Assembly: GCA_902576605.1 (NCBI GenBank)
Contig: CACGVI010000004.1
Location: 1-55,570 of the forward strand
Length of the DNA stretch: 55,570 nucleotides
Direction: 5' to 3'
Origin: an uncultured Candidatus Actinomarina sp.
GTDB taxonomy: Bacteria; Actinomycetota; Acidimicrobiia; Actinomarinales; Actinomarinaceae
The translations under genes and the position numbers were made by a program. Below the pieces are notes generated by a model that saw only the letters and a list, made by a program, of their open reading frames with translations, had not been told where the DNA came from and ran no database searches. Within the stretch, counting starts at the first letter, position 1. Each line of letters begins with the position of its first letter. Below are positions 36,410 to 45,943 of this stretch, in pieces.

Positions 36410-37348
36410 GTGGAAGCCATACTTAATCCAGCACTTTTAATGTTCCTTTCAGGAATTCTGATTGGCATATCGTTTAAATTAATTCTTCCCAACTCTATCT
36501 CTAAATTCCTAGGATATTACTTACTACTTTCATTAGGACTTAAAGGTGGTTCAAGCCTTCAAGAAAATGGTTTTATAAATGAAGTTACAATCGCTTTAAC
36601 ACTTGGAATTATATTTGCTATTCTAATTCCAATTATTGCTTATTTTTATCTTAAAAATTTACTCAATAACGATGATGCTGCAGCACTTTCTGGAACTTAT
36701 GGATCTGTAAGCGCCGTAACTTTTGTAACAGCTATTTCATATCTTTCAACCACTGGTCAAGAATTTGATAACTATATGTCTGCAGTCTTGGTTGTAATGG
36801 AGTTTCCAGCAATTTTCATGGCACTCTATTTAGTTACACATAACAAGCAAAATAAAAGTAATAATTTGGAAACTATTAAAACAGCTTTTTTAGAAATACC
36901 AAATATTATATTGATTTCATCATTATTGATTGGATATTTTGTAAACAAGACAATTTTATCTAATTTAGATTTCATTATTGTTGAAATATTTGATTACGTT
37001 TTGTACTCATTTTTATTTGTTATGGGAACTAGGGTTGCTAAAAGAATCGGAGAACTTAAAGGTAAAGGGATAAACCTAATTGCCTTTGCTTTATGTACTC
37101 CGCTGATAGGTTCATTTATTGCTTTACTAGCATCTGTAAACTTTAATTTTTCAGTCGGTAACGCAACATTACTTATGGTGCTAACAGCAAGCGCAAGTTA
37201 TATTGCGGTACCAGCAGTTGTAAAAGATGCCATACCAAATGCGAATCCTGCTATCTACCTAGGACTAAGTTTAGGTGTAACTTTTCCATTTAATATAATT
37301 TTTGGTATACCTTTGTATAACGAATTAGCTAAATATTTTATTGGCTAA
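36410..37348 (+). CDS. sbtA: Sodium-dependent bicarbonate transporter family permease
   Basis: YLLLSLGLKGG, YGSVSAVTF, VMEFPAI, ASASYIAVPA, LGVTFPFNIIFGIPLY; GTG start. Confidence 0.9.
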   Translation: MEAILNPALLMFLSGILIGISFKLILPNSISKFLGYYLLLSLGLKGGSSLQENGFINEVTIALTLGIIFAILIPIIAYFYLKNLLNNDDAAALSGTYGSVSAVTFVTAISYLSTTGQEFDNYMSAVLVVMEFPAIFMALYLVTHNKQNKSNNLETIKTAFLEIPNIILISSLLIGYFVNKTILSNLDFIIVEIFDYVLYSFLFVMGTRVAKRIGELKGKGINLIAFALCTPLIGSFIALLASVNFNFSVGNATLLMVLTASASYIAVPAVVKDAIPNANPAIYLGLSLGVTFPFNIIFGIPLYNELAKYFIG

Positions 37349-38056
37349 TTAAAGAAGGAAGCCACCATCAATTGTTACAACTTCACCTGTAATCCATGAT
37401 GCATCGTCACTTGAAAGAAAATAAATCAAACTAGCAATATCTTCAGGTTCTCCGAGTTTTTTAAGAGCATGAAGATCTGCGCTTCCCCCCTCATTCCCTG
37501 CCCACAGCATTTCTGATAACTTAGTTTTTACTACTGCTGGTGCTATACCATTTACCCTTACGTCTGGTGCAAGCTCCATTGCTAATTGTTTTGTCATATA
37601 AATTAATCCAGCTTTTGAAATATTATAAGCACCCATGTAGTGAGAGGGCTTTATACCTCCGACTGAACAAACATTCAAAACTGATTCTTTTAATCCAGCT
37701 TTTACTGCTTCTCTAGTCCACATTAAAGGACCCATCAAATTTACGTCCCATGTTTTTTGTACTGCTGATAGATCGACATCAAGCAAGCTACCCCCAGAAG
37801 GATTTGTACCAGCATTGTTAATTAAAACATCTAAAGACCCTGTTTCATCCACGATTTTTTTGCAAGTTTCAGTTGCAGCTACAAGGTCATCTGCTCTTGC
37901 AACAAAACCCTTTAATTGTGAATTATCAGAAAGTACCGCCGCTAGATTCTCTTCTTTTCTAGATGTGATATAAACGTTCCATCCTTGATCAATGAATTTT
38001 TGAGCTGTGGATAGTCCTATACCTCTTGTTCCACCGGTTACAAGTGCAGTTTTCAT
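37349..38056 (-). CDS. Short-chain dehydrogenase/reductase
   Basis: TGGTRGIG, NNAG, YNISK (YxxxK), RVNGIAP. Confidence 0.95.
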   Translation of the reverse strand: MKTALVTGGTRGIGLSTAQKFIDQGWNVYITSRKEENLAAVLSDNSQLKGFVARADDLVAATETCKKIVDETGSLDVLINNAGTNPSGGSLLDVDLSAVQKTWDVNLMGPLMWTREAVKAGLKESVLNVCSVGGIKPSHYMGAYNISKAGLIYMTKQLAMELAPDVRVNGIAPAVVKTKLSEMLWAGNEGGSADLHALKKLGEPEDIASLIYFLSSDDASWITGEVVTIDGGFLL

Positions 38057-38108
38057 TATTTTTAAAGTATAGTAGTTATTTCTTATTTCAGTTACAGTTG
38101 AACTGCAA

Positions 38109-39341
38109 ATGGAAAATTTTCAAAAATATAGAGTATTATTAACGCAAAATCAAAACTTTCGTAAACTTTTTGCAGCTCGTTTAATCACATTAGGCGGAGA
38201 CTGGTTATTAACTGTACCACTCTTAGGCATAATATACGAGTTGACTGAAAATCCATTTATAACATCTCTTGTATTAGTAGTTCAGAGTGCACCATTATTC
38301 ATGCTTGGAAGCTTTGGTGGTTACTTAGCAGATAGATTTGATAGAAAAAAAATAATCGCAATTTCAGAGTTCTTATCAGGAATGACTGTGTTGTTAATTC
38401 TATATGCAGTCACAACTGAAAACGTAGTATTTATTTTGTTTTCATTTGGATTACTTTCAGTTGTAGGTTCTCCATACATGCCTACTTCTGATGCGGCTTT
38501 GCCTAATGTAGTTAAAAAAGAAAACTTAGCCGAAGCTAATGTTATTTTTTTCTCAAGTTGGGGTGTAATGGCTGGTCTTGGTGCTGGTCTTGGTGGATAT
38601 TTAACAACAGTAATCAGTAGAAACATGTTATTTGCAATCGATAGTTTAACTTTTGTTCTTTCTGCTTTAATTGTCTTTTCTATAAAAAAAAATTTAAGCG
38701 AAAAATCTCAAAATAAAAATCAAGAGGAAGATATTAGCTATAAAGAAGGTCTTAAATATGCTGCATCTAGAAGAGAAATTTTTTCCTTAATTATTACAAA
38801 AGCAACATTTAGTATCTCCGCTAGCGGTCTACTGTCTTTATTTACTGTACTTTCATATGATATATACAAAACTGGTGACTTTGGTACGGGGCTTATGTTT
38901 GGTGCAAGAGGTGTTGGTGCGCTTATTGGTCCAATTGCTATTAGATATTTTTTTGGAAGCACAGATGGAAAACTGTTAAATACAATTGGAATAACCATCA
39001 TGGCATGGGGTTTATTCTATTTCTTTATACCGTTTTCACTATCTCTTTACCTAACAGTGTTGTTATTAATTCTTGGACACTCTGGTGGTGGATCTCAGTG
39101 GGCATTTTCTACATATGGACTACAAGTACTCACGCCAGATAGGCTCAGGGGAAGAATTGCTGGGATTGATTACTCACTTTATTTTCTAATGAATACAATT
39201 TCAACTCTAATGATTGGATACCTTGCAACTATATATGGGGTACTTTTTGTCTTTAAACTGTTTCCAGTAATAGGATTTTTATTCGGATTTGTTTGGTATT
39301 TATCCACAAGAAATATCTGGAAGAATTTAGATAAATCCTAA
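38109..39341 (+). CDS. MFS transporter (macrolide-efflux/DHA3-like)
   Basis: 12 TM pattern; GYLADRFDRKKI motif A; LRGR in the C-terminal half. Confidence 0.9.
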   Translation: MENFQKYRVLLTQNQNFRKLFAARLITLGGDWLLTVPLLGIIYELTENPFITSLVLVVQSAPLFMLGSFGGYLADRFDRKKIIAISEFLSGMTVLLILYAVTTENVVFILFSFGLLSVVGSPYMPTSDAALPNVVKKENLAEANVIFFSSWGVMAGLGAGLGGYLTTVISRNMLFAIDSLTFVLSALIVFSIKKNLSEKSQNKNQEEDISYKEGLKYAASRREIFSLIITKATFSISASGLLSLFTVLSYDIYKTGDFGTGLMFGARGVGALIGPIAIRYFFGSTDGKLLNTIGITIMAWGLFYFFIPFSLSLYLTVLLLILGHSGGGSQWAFSTYGLQVLTPDRLRGRIAGIDYSLYFLMNTISTLMIGYLATIYGVLFVFKLFPVIGFLFGFVWYLSTRNIWKNLDKS

Positions 39342-39350
39342 ATAAGTTCA

Positions 39351-40214
39351 TCAGATGGAAAAAAGATTTTTTCCTTCAAATTTTTTTGTACCATTCACAT
39401 AGCTAAAGTACTTTCTGCATTCACAAGATTGATACTCTATGTCAATAGGATAAAACTCTCTTTTAGCTTCAGGCCAATACTCTCCTTGAAGTTCTATCAT
39501 TTTAAGGCCTACATCTTGGTGGCTATTTAAATTGAGAAAATTTTGGAGCCTATCTAAATATGGTTCTGCACCAATGCCAGTTGGAACATCAGTGGTAATT
39601 GGTATAACATCTTCTCTAAACCAGGCAATATCTATCAAAGCCATAAATATTGGGAAGTCATTATTCATCTTAAATTGCATATTTATATTGTTTGTAGCAG
39701 TAATAACATCTCTATTAGAATTTAAAACTATTTCAGCTAACTCTTCTTTTTTTTCATAAAATTTGTATGTGGCTGCATCTATTCGTCTATATAAATTTTG
39801 ATTCCAATATGAATCTTCTACTGGGTATGCTGTGAAATTCTCCCACTGCTCTAAACTAAGAAGCCTCTCTTTTAAAGCTTCTGGATTACTTAAATCATTT
39901 ATCGTTAACTGATCAATAGTTAAATCTCTGTTGCACCACCTACTAAAAAATAAAGATTGGATTAACAAAGGTAAATCCTCTTTTGCTGGTTCAGCAAATT
40001 TAATAATGGATTTACTTACTTTGTCATCCTCTCTAAAAACATTTAAAAAACGACCTTTTTGTAAAATTGGATCATCACTCCAGGGATATACTTCTCCTGA
40101 CTCTCTTTTAATACGTACTGCTTCACGTTTCTTGCAGTAATCAAAAAAGCTTTGTACTGGGTCATCTATTTCAAGACCATCTAGTGAGTGTGCATATGGA
40201 TTCTCTAAAACCAT
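39351..40214 (-). CDS. 5-hmdU DNA kinase helical-domain (aGPT-Pplase1)-like protein
   Basis: N-terminal REAVRIKRESGEVYPWSDDPILQKGRFLNVFREDDK and C-terminal DIEYQSCECRKY match remembered family motifs; no P-loop. Confidence 0.78.
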   Translation of the reverse strand: MVLENPYAHSLDGLEIDDPVQSFFDYCKKREAVRIKRESGEVYPWSDDPILQKGRFLNVFREDDKVSKSIIKFAEPAKEDLPLLIQSLFFSRWCNRDLTIDQLTINDLSNPEALKERLLSLEQWENFTAYPVEDSYWNQNLYRRIDAATYKFYEKKEELAEIVLNSNRDVITATNNINMQFKMNNDFPIFMALIDIAWFREDVIPITTDVPTGIGAEPYLDRLQNFLNLNSHQDVGLKMIELQGEYWPEAKREFYPIDIEYQSCECRKYFSYVNGTKKFEGKNLFSI

Positions 40215-40248
40215 AACATTAATTTAAACAGATTACTTCATACTTTTC

Positions 40249-41514
40249 TTACTTCACAACTGGTATTTGAAGCATATTTGTTGTGTAAGCAGCAGACTTT
40301 CTTTCCGACTTCATTCTCCAATCTTTTTTTATACCCTGTGCTCCCAGTGTTAATGTGCTTGATCCATACCTGGTATTAACCCCGTCCAGTACCTCCATGA
40401 CACGGTCTGATTGATCGTAGTTCTCATATTCGTAAAAACTGTACTGTTCGTTCTCTGCGTCAGTGATGTCTAGCAGCATTACACCAATTTTCTGGTACTC
40501 ATATCCGTACACAAAGAGTTTTCTTGTTAAGTATTTTGCTTCTTTGACAATCTTTGACGTATTGCTTGTTGGTATTGAAAAAAATGTACTCATACCGTTG
40601 CTATATCTTTTATCTGGATCAACAAATGGACTGGTTCTTAAAAATACATACAAGCCTTGTGCTCTAGAACCCTGTGCTCTCAACTTCTCACATGCTCTAG
40701 CAACATAGTTAGAAACAGCTTCCTCTAACTCACTTACTAGCATTACTTTTCTACCAAATGACTTAGAGGATATGATGTTTTTCTTATTCTTCACCTCTTC
40801 TATGCCAATACAGGAAATCCCATTTAGCTCATGATGTATCCTCTCCCCTACAATGCTGATTGTTTTTCTGACATAACGAGCATTTGCCTTCGTTAAATCA
40901 TAAGCGGTATCTACTCCAATTTTTCGAAGCCTTCTTCCCCATCTTGTCGAGATTCCCCATATCTCTTCAAGTGGTAGATCTTTTAAAATCTCATCTCTTA
41001 CACTCTGATCTCGTATATCGAAGACATTAGATGTTGTGTATTTTTTAGCTTGTCTGTTTGCTACTTTTGCCAATGTCTTTGTTGGGCCTATGCCTATAGA
41101 AACTGGAATCCCTGTCCACTGTTTAATTAATCTTCGTATCTCTTGAGCCGTCTCTTCTAAATCACAGTAGTAAAAGCTACTGATATCGAGAAACGCTTCA
41201 TCAATAGAGTAAATCTCTATATCGCTTACAAGAGATTTCAGTGAAGTCATCACTCTGGCCGACATATCACCATAAAAAGTGTAGTTTGATGAAAATACAT
41301 GAACTCTGTTTCTATTGATAAGTTGTTTGTATTTAAAGTACGGGGCTCCCATCGGTATGCCTAAAGCTTTTGCTTCATTTGATCTAGCAACAACACATCC
41401 ATCATTGTTAGACAAAACAACAATGGGCTTTCCTTCTAGCTTTGGGTTGAATACTCTCTCACAAGACGCATAAAAGTTATTACAGTCCACTAGGGCAAAA
41501 ATTTTATTATTCAC
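40249..41514 (-). CDS. umuC: Y-family DNA polymerase V catalytic subunit
   Basis: [32 protein letters not shown]-terminal [14 protein letters not shown]; GTG start with AAGGAG SD. Confidence 0.95.
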   Translation of the reverse strand: MNNKIFALVDCNNFYASCERVFNPKLEGKPIVVLSNNDGCVVARSNEAKALGIPMGAPYFKYKQLINRNRVHVFSSNYTFYGDMSARVMTSLKSLVSDIEIYSIDEAFLDISSFYYCDLEETAQEIRRLIKQWTGIPVSIGIGPTKTLAKVANRQAKKYTTSNVFDIRDQSVRDEILKDLPLEEIWGISTRWGRRLRKIGVDTAYDLTKANARYVRKTISIVGERIHHELNGISCIGIEEVKNKKNIISSKSFGRKVMLVSELEEAVSNYVARACEKLRAQGSRAQGLYVFLRTSPFVDPDKRYSNGMSTFFSIPTSNTSKIVKEAKYLTRKLFVYGYEYQKIGVMLLDITDAENEQYSFYEYENYDQSDRVMEVLDGVNTRYGSSTLTLGAQGIKKDWRMKSERKSAAYTTNMLQIPVVK

Positions 41515-41528
41515 TTACTTACTCCTTT

Positions 41529-41546
41529 GAATACTGTACACTATTC
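41529..41546. promoter_or_regulatory. 18-bp imperfect palindrome (GAATACTGTACACTATTC), candidate operator of the umuC/umuD divergon
   Basis: Matches its reverse complement at 16 of 18 positions and overlaps TACACT (+) and TAGAAT/TACAGT (-) -10-like hexamers. Confidence 0.6.
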
Positions 41547-41569
41547 TAAGAAAAAAGAAAGACATTTTT

Positions 41570-42085
41570 ATGCCACGAGGTGGAGCAAGAAAAGGAGCCG
41601 GTAGGCCAAAAGGTCAAGGCAAGTATGGAGAGCAGACAAAAGCTGTCCGTATTCCTGTAAGTAAGATTAAGTATATCTCTGAGGTCATCAACAAAGGCTT
41701 ATATGAAGTACCAATGTATAGCAATAAAGTTGCAGCTGGGTTCCCGTCCCCTGCAGACGACTATTTAGAAGACAAAATAGATTTAAATCAATATTTGGTA
41801 AAACATCCCGCTTCTACATTTTTGGTAAGAGCATCCGGAGAGTCCATGATTAATGCTGGTATATTTCCAGACGATATCTTAGTAGTAGACAGAAGCTTAA
41901 AAGCTGAAGATGGAAAAGTAGTCATTGCTGTTGTAGATAATGAACTGACTGTAAAAAGATATCGCAAAAAAGGCAAGAGCATAATTTTAGAGCCAGAAAA
42001 TGAAACGTTTGATTCAATTGTTATTCCCCGTGAAAGTGAGGCTTTCGTTTGGGGAGTCGTTACAAATGTTATTCATAACTTATAA
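41570..42085 (+). CDS. umuD: UmuD-family S24 autopeptidase with basic N-terminal extension
   Basis: VAAGFPSPA cleavage site, GESM Ser, TVKR Lys; about 45 extra N-terminal residues (PRGGARKGAGRPKG...TKAVRIP). Confidence 0.92.
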   Translation: MPRGGARKGAGRPKGQGKYGEQTKAVRIPVSKIKYISEVINKGLYEVPMYSNKVAAGFPSPADDYLEDKIDLNQYLVKHPASTFLVRASGESMINAGIFPDDILVVDRSLKAEDGKVVIAVVDNELTVKRYRKKGKSIILEPENETFDSIVIPRESEAFVWGVVTNVIHNL

Positions 42086-42136
42086 ACTTCAAAATAAAGC
42101 TGAATGGACCGAAGATAAATTGTAAAATAATGATGC

Positions 42137-43033
42137 ATGGAAATATTAAAAACAAATTTAGAAGATTTTAAAGATATTGAAGACTGGGAATATAAAGAGA
42201 ACTTTCATACCATTAACTCACGTCACGGTGACATAAATATTCACTATGTAGATGAAAATACAGATAAAGAAGAAACCATACTCTTAATGCACGGTAATCC
42301 TACCTGGGGTTATTTGTATAGAAATATGATTGACCCACTAAAAGACAAGGGGTATAGGGTTGTTGTACCAGACTTACCAGGATTTGGGAAATCGGATAAA
42401 TTTACTTCAAGGTATCACTATACGTATGAAGAATTTGTTGATTGGATGTCCCAGTGGATTGAAGGAGTTAATCTAGAAAACATCACATTATTTTGTCAAG
42501 ACTGGGGTGGCTTGATTGGATTAAGGTTGGCAGCAAAATATGATGATAGATTTAATCGTATAGTTGCAGCCAATACAGGTTTACCAACTGGTAAAGCCCC
42601 ACTGAATACTGGATTTTTAGTCTTCAAAGAATTTATGAATATTAAAGAAGACCTTCACGTTGCAGGTCAAGTTAGAAATGGTACTAATGGACTGGATCAG
42701 TCAGCTCTAGATGCATATAACGCACCATTTCCAGATGAAACCTACAAACAAGGTGTAAGACAATTTCCGAATATTGTTCCCTCATCCCCTATGTCTCCTA
42801 GTAGAAAATTTAATGAGGAAGCATGGGAGAAATTGAAAATGTGGAATAAACCTTTTCTCTGCGCTTTTAGTGATAAAGATCCTATATTTGCTGGTGTAGA
42901 AAATTCATTTTTAAAATATATTCCAGGATGTAAAAACATGCCACATGTAACAATTGAGAATGCTGGACATTTTTTACAAGAAGATAATCCTGATGCATGT
43001 GTAAATGCAATTATTTCGATAATGGATTTTTAA
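42137..43033 (+). CDS. Haloalkane dehalogenase
   Basis: LMHGNPTWGYLYR, DLPGFGKSDK, nucleophile QDWGG, AGHFLQED. Confidence 0.9.
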   Translation: MEILKTNLEDFKDIEDWEYKENFHTINSRHGDINIHYVDENTDKEETILLMHGNPTWGYLYRNMIDPLKDKGYRVVVPDLPGFGKSDKFTSRYHYTYEEFVDWMSQWIEGVNLENITLFCQDWGGLIGLRLAAKYDDRFNRIVAANTGLPTGKAPLNTGFLVFKEFMNIKEDLHVAGQVRNGTNGLDQSALDAYNAPFPDETYKQGVRQFPNIVPSSPMSPSRKFNEEAWEKLKMWNKPFLCAFSDKDPIFAGVENSFLKYIPGCKNMPHVTIENAGHFLQEDNPDACVNAIISIMDF

Positions 43034-43722
43034 CGAGAAGCTATTCCCCAATAGTTATAACCTAAAAACTTTACTGATCCTGGAAGATACATCGTACTAT
43101 TTTCTTCAATTACAAGCCCAGATGAAGTAATTAAATTGATAATATCTCTATTAGCGTGGCAACCACCAGAAAGGCTTGGATAAAAACCACTTGTTATATT
43201 TTGTAACATTCTTGTTAAAAAATCAGGAGATATGCCATGTTCACAAAAATAATATTTTCCTCCAGGCTTTAGAATTCGATAAATTTCACTTAAAGCCAAT
43301 TCCGGGTTTGGTATAGAACATAATGAAAACGTACAAACGACTGAATCGACACTTGAATCCATTAAATTTATTTGTTCTGCTGAAGAAAGGTTGAACTCTA
43401 TTTTCAAATTAACTTTATCAGCTTTTTTTTGAGCTATTTTATTTAATTCATTTGAAGGATCTATTCCTATAACTTTATTAACCTTTTCTGAATTATAATA
43501 TTGCAAGTTTAAACCAGGACCTATGCCTATTTCTACAACATCACCGACAGCAAGTGGTACAATTTTTTTTCTTTGATATTGATTCGGTTTTGTTCCACAA
43601 AGATAATTAATAAGTTTAGGCACTACATTTTTTTCATAAAATTTATTACCTAATAGTTTTAATATTGGAAGAATTACAAAGAGTCCTATGTATGTTACAA
43701 ATTTAAATAATAATTTTTTCAT
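43030..43722 (-). CDS. Class I SAM-dependent methyltransferase
   Basis: VVEIGIGPG, ILKPGG, FCEHG...GGCH. Confidence 0.9.
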   Translation of the reverse strand: MKKLLFKFVTYIGLFVILPILKLLGNKFYEKNVVPKLINYLCGTKPNQYQRKKIVPLAVGDVVEIGIGPGLNLQYYNSEKVNKVIGIDPSNELNKIAQKKADKVNLKIEFNLSSAEQINLMDSSVDSVVCTFSLCSIPNPELALSEIYRILKPGGKYYFCEHGISPDFLTRMLQNITSGFYPSLSGGCHANRDIINLITSSGLVIEENSTMYLPGSVKFLGYNYWGIASR

Positions 43723-43769
43723 GTCATAGAATTTTTATGATAGTTATTTACAAGATACATTAAATATTT

Positions 43770-44309
43770 TTAAGCTTTTGAGAATGAAATAACTTGAGAC
43801 ATCGAAATATGATCAATGGTAGTTTTTCCATATTTTACATCTTGCACTACTCCATTTTCATCAATTAAAACATCAACAGGTAAACCTGTAAATGCACCAC
43901 TTAGACTAGTAAATGGATTAAATCCTTTAATGAATATTGCTTTCATAAATCTAAAAAAACCAACAATTGATCCTAAAAATACCCCAAATCCACTCTTTTC
44001 AACGCTGTATTTATCAAAATAAAACCTTTTTTCATCTGCAAGGATATGCATTGAAGAATCATGTTTTGTTGATGATTTTTGTAGACTTTCTAATGTGCAG
44101 TTAAATATTGCAATCGTTTCAAAATTATCTCCAAAATTTTCTTTATTATTTATAGTTTCATTAATTCTTAAGTGACAAAAGGGACATGAAGAGTACCTAT
44201 AGAAAGATACCAATGCCTTTTTACCCTTTATATTTTCTAAATCGAATACAGAACCATCAATAGCGGGTAAAGAAAGTTCATTAATGACATCACCTATTTT
44301 AATTTTCAA
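43770..44309 (-). CDS. AhpC/TSA (peroxiredoxin-like) family protein
   Basis: FYRYSSCPFCHLR CxxC motif, GLPVDVLIDENG; TTG start. Confidence 0.85.
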   Translation of the reverse strand: MKIKIGDVINELSLPAIDGSVFDLENIKGKKALVSFYRYSSCPFCHLRINETINNKENFGDNFETIAIFNCTLESLQKSSTKHDSSMHILADEKRFYFDKYSVEKSGFGVFLGSIVGFFRFMKAIFIKGFNPFTSLSGAFTGLPVDVLIDENGVVQDVKYGKTTIDHISMSQVISFSKA

Positions 44310-44383
44310 TGTATCTCCTTGATGAGAGAATTATAAGGAGTAAAATTCAGAAACACTAATTTGGTATGTTAATTTATTGTAAA

Positions 44384-44890
44384 CTAATGCCCACCTCTTG
44401 GAACACCACCATATTTCATACGAGTATCACCCATATAGGCAACTCTATCTTCAGGATTCAATGTTTTGCAATCAATTATTTCTCCCAGAAAAAATGTATG
44501 AGTGCCAAAGTCAATTTTTTGTGTTGTTTTTAACTCAAACCATACTGTTGCATTTTGAAAGATAGGTACATTATTTTTAGTTAAAAAAATGGGTTCTTTA
44601 TTAAGAAAGCCTTCCGTGTATTCAGCAGGTTTAGAAAATTTTACAAATACTTTTGTGTAATCAGGCGAAAACATATTTAAAGTAAAATATTCGCTTTGAT
44701 TCATAAGCTTGAAAGTTACGCTCTTATTATCAATACCTACGCCGATTAAAGCTGGCTCCATACTAACTTGAGTTATCCAACTTGCTGTCATACCATTAAA
44801 TTCACCATCAGCATGACTTCCAATTATTCCAAGAGGACTTGGTATTTTCCATGTAGAAACATTTATATCTTCAGGGGTTAAATCACTCAT
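44384..44890 (-). CDS. Flavin reductase family protein
   Basis: NGMTASWITQVSMEP, GTHTFFLGEI. Confidence 0.9.
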   Translation of the reverse strand: MSDLTPEDINVSTWKIPSPLGIIGSHADGEFNGMTASWITQVSMEPALIGVGIDNKSVTFKLMNQSEYFTLNMFSPDYTKVFVKFSKPAEYTEGFLNKEPIFLTKNNVPIFQNATVWFELKTTQKIDFGTHTFFLGEIIDCKTLNPEDRVAYMGDTRMKYGGVPRGGH

Positions 44891-45931
44891 TTACAAACAA
44901 CTTTTTATAAATTTTATAGTTTCAATATCTAGTGGTATTGCTACAGAAAGTTCTGTAACATTACATTTTTTCCAGTCTTCAAGCTTATCTTTTATACGTT
45001 CTTTGGAGCCAACAAGTGTTAGATCATCTATCAATTCATCAGGAAAGATTGATTCTGCTTCAGCTTTTTCTCCTTTTAGATATAATTCCTGAATCTGCGT
45101 AGCAACTTCTTCATAGCCGTATTCGCACATCAAGTTAAAATAAAAGTTTTTATCTTTAGCTCCCATACCACCTACATATAGAGTGTAATTATTTCTTGCA
45201 GGAGCTAAATATGCATCTCTCTCAGATTCGTCGCACACCTTCGCAAAAACAGGAGCGGATATATTAAATTTTTCTTTTTTGTTTGGATCACCAGATTTTT
45301 CAAAACCTTTTTCTAAAAATTGATTGAAAAATTTGTCTCCAAGCGTTGGTGAATACATAAAAGGAAGCCATCCATCTGCAATCTCAGCAGTCAATTCAAT
45401 ATTTTTTGGTCCAATAGCTGCAAGATATATTGGTATATCACTTCTAAGAGGTTGTTCAATTAGTTTTAATGGCTTTCCTAAACCAGATGCATCATCGCCA
45501 TTGTAAGGTAAGTTATAATATTCACCTTCAAATGAAGTTTTTCCTTCTCTTCGTAATATATCTTTAACTATCTGAACATACTCTCTCGTCTTTTTTAATG
45601 GCTTTCCATAAGGAACCCCATGCCAACCTTCAACAACTTGAGGCCCAGAAACACCAATCCCCAACCTAAACCTACCACCTGAAAGTTTATCAATAGTAAC
45701 AGCTGTCATTGCAGTCATAGCAGGAGATCTCCCAGGAATTTGCATGATGCCAGAGCCTAACTTTATATTATCTGTCAATGCAGCGAAATATGAAAGTGGA
45801 GTAACAGCATCGTATCCATATGCTTCCGCTGTCCAAATACAAGATATCCCTATTTCGTCTAATTCTTTAATTAAGTTTTTTTCACTTGAAATATGTGGTC
45901 CAAAATAACCGACATTTACACTTACATCCAT
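44891..45931 (-). CDS. LLM class F420-dependent oxidoreductase
   Basis: WTAEAYGYDAVTPL, GRFRLGIGVSGPQVVEGWHG, IYLAAIGPKN. Confidence 0.92.
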   Translation of the reverse strand: MDVSVNVGYFGPHISSEKNLIKELDEIGISCIWTAEAYGYDAVTPLSYFAALTDNIKLGSGIMQIPGRSPAMTAMTAVTIDKLSGGRFRLGIGVSGPQVVEGWHGVPYGKPLKKTREYVQIVKDILRREGKTSFEGEYYNLPYNGDDASGLGKPLKLIEQPLRSDIPIYLAAIGPKNIELTAEIADGWLPFMYSPTLGDKFFNQFLEKGFEKSGDPNKKEKFNISAPVFAKVCDESERDAYLAPARNNYTLYVGGMGAKDKNFYFNLMCEYGYEEVATQIQELYLKGEKAEAESIFPDELIDDLTLVGSKERIKDKLEDWKKCNVTELSVAIPLDIETIKFIKSCL

Positions 45932-45943
45932 ATGTAAAGGATA

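Noticed and set aside
41514-41570. CTGT in the umuC/umuD spacer as an E. coli-type SOS box
   Set aside because: There is no CAG at the CTG-N10-CAG position, and the host LexA uses GAAC-N4-GTTC.
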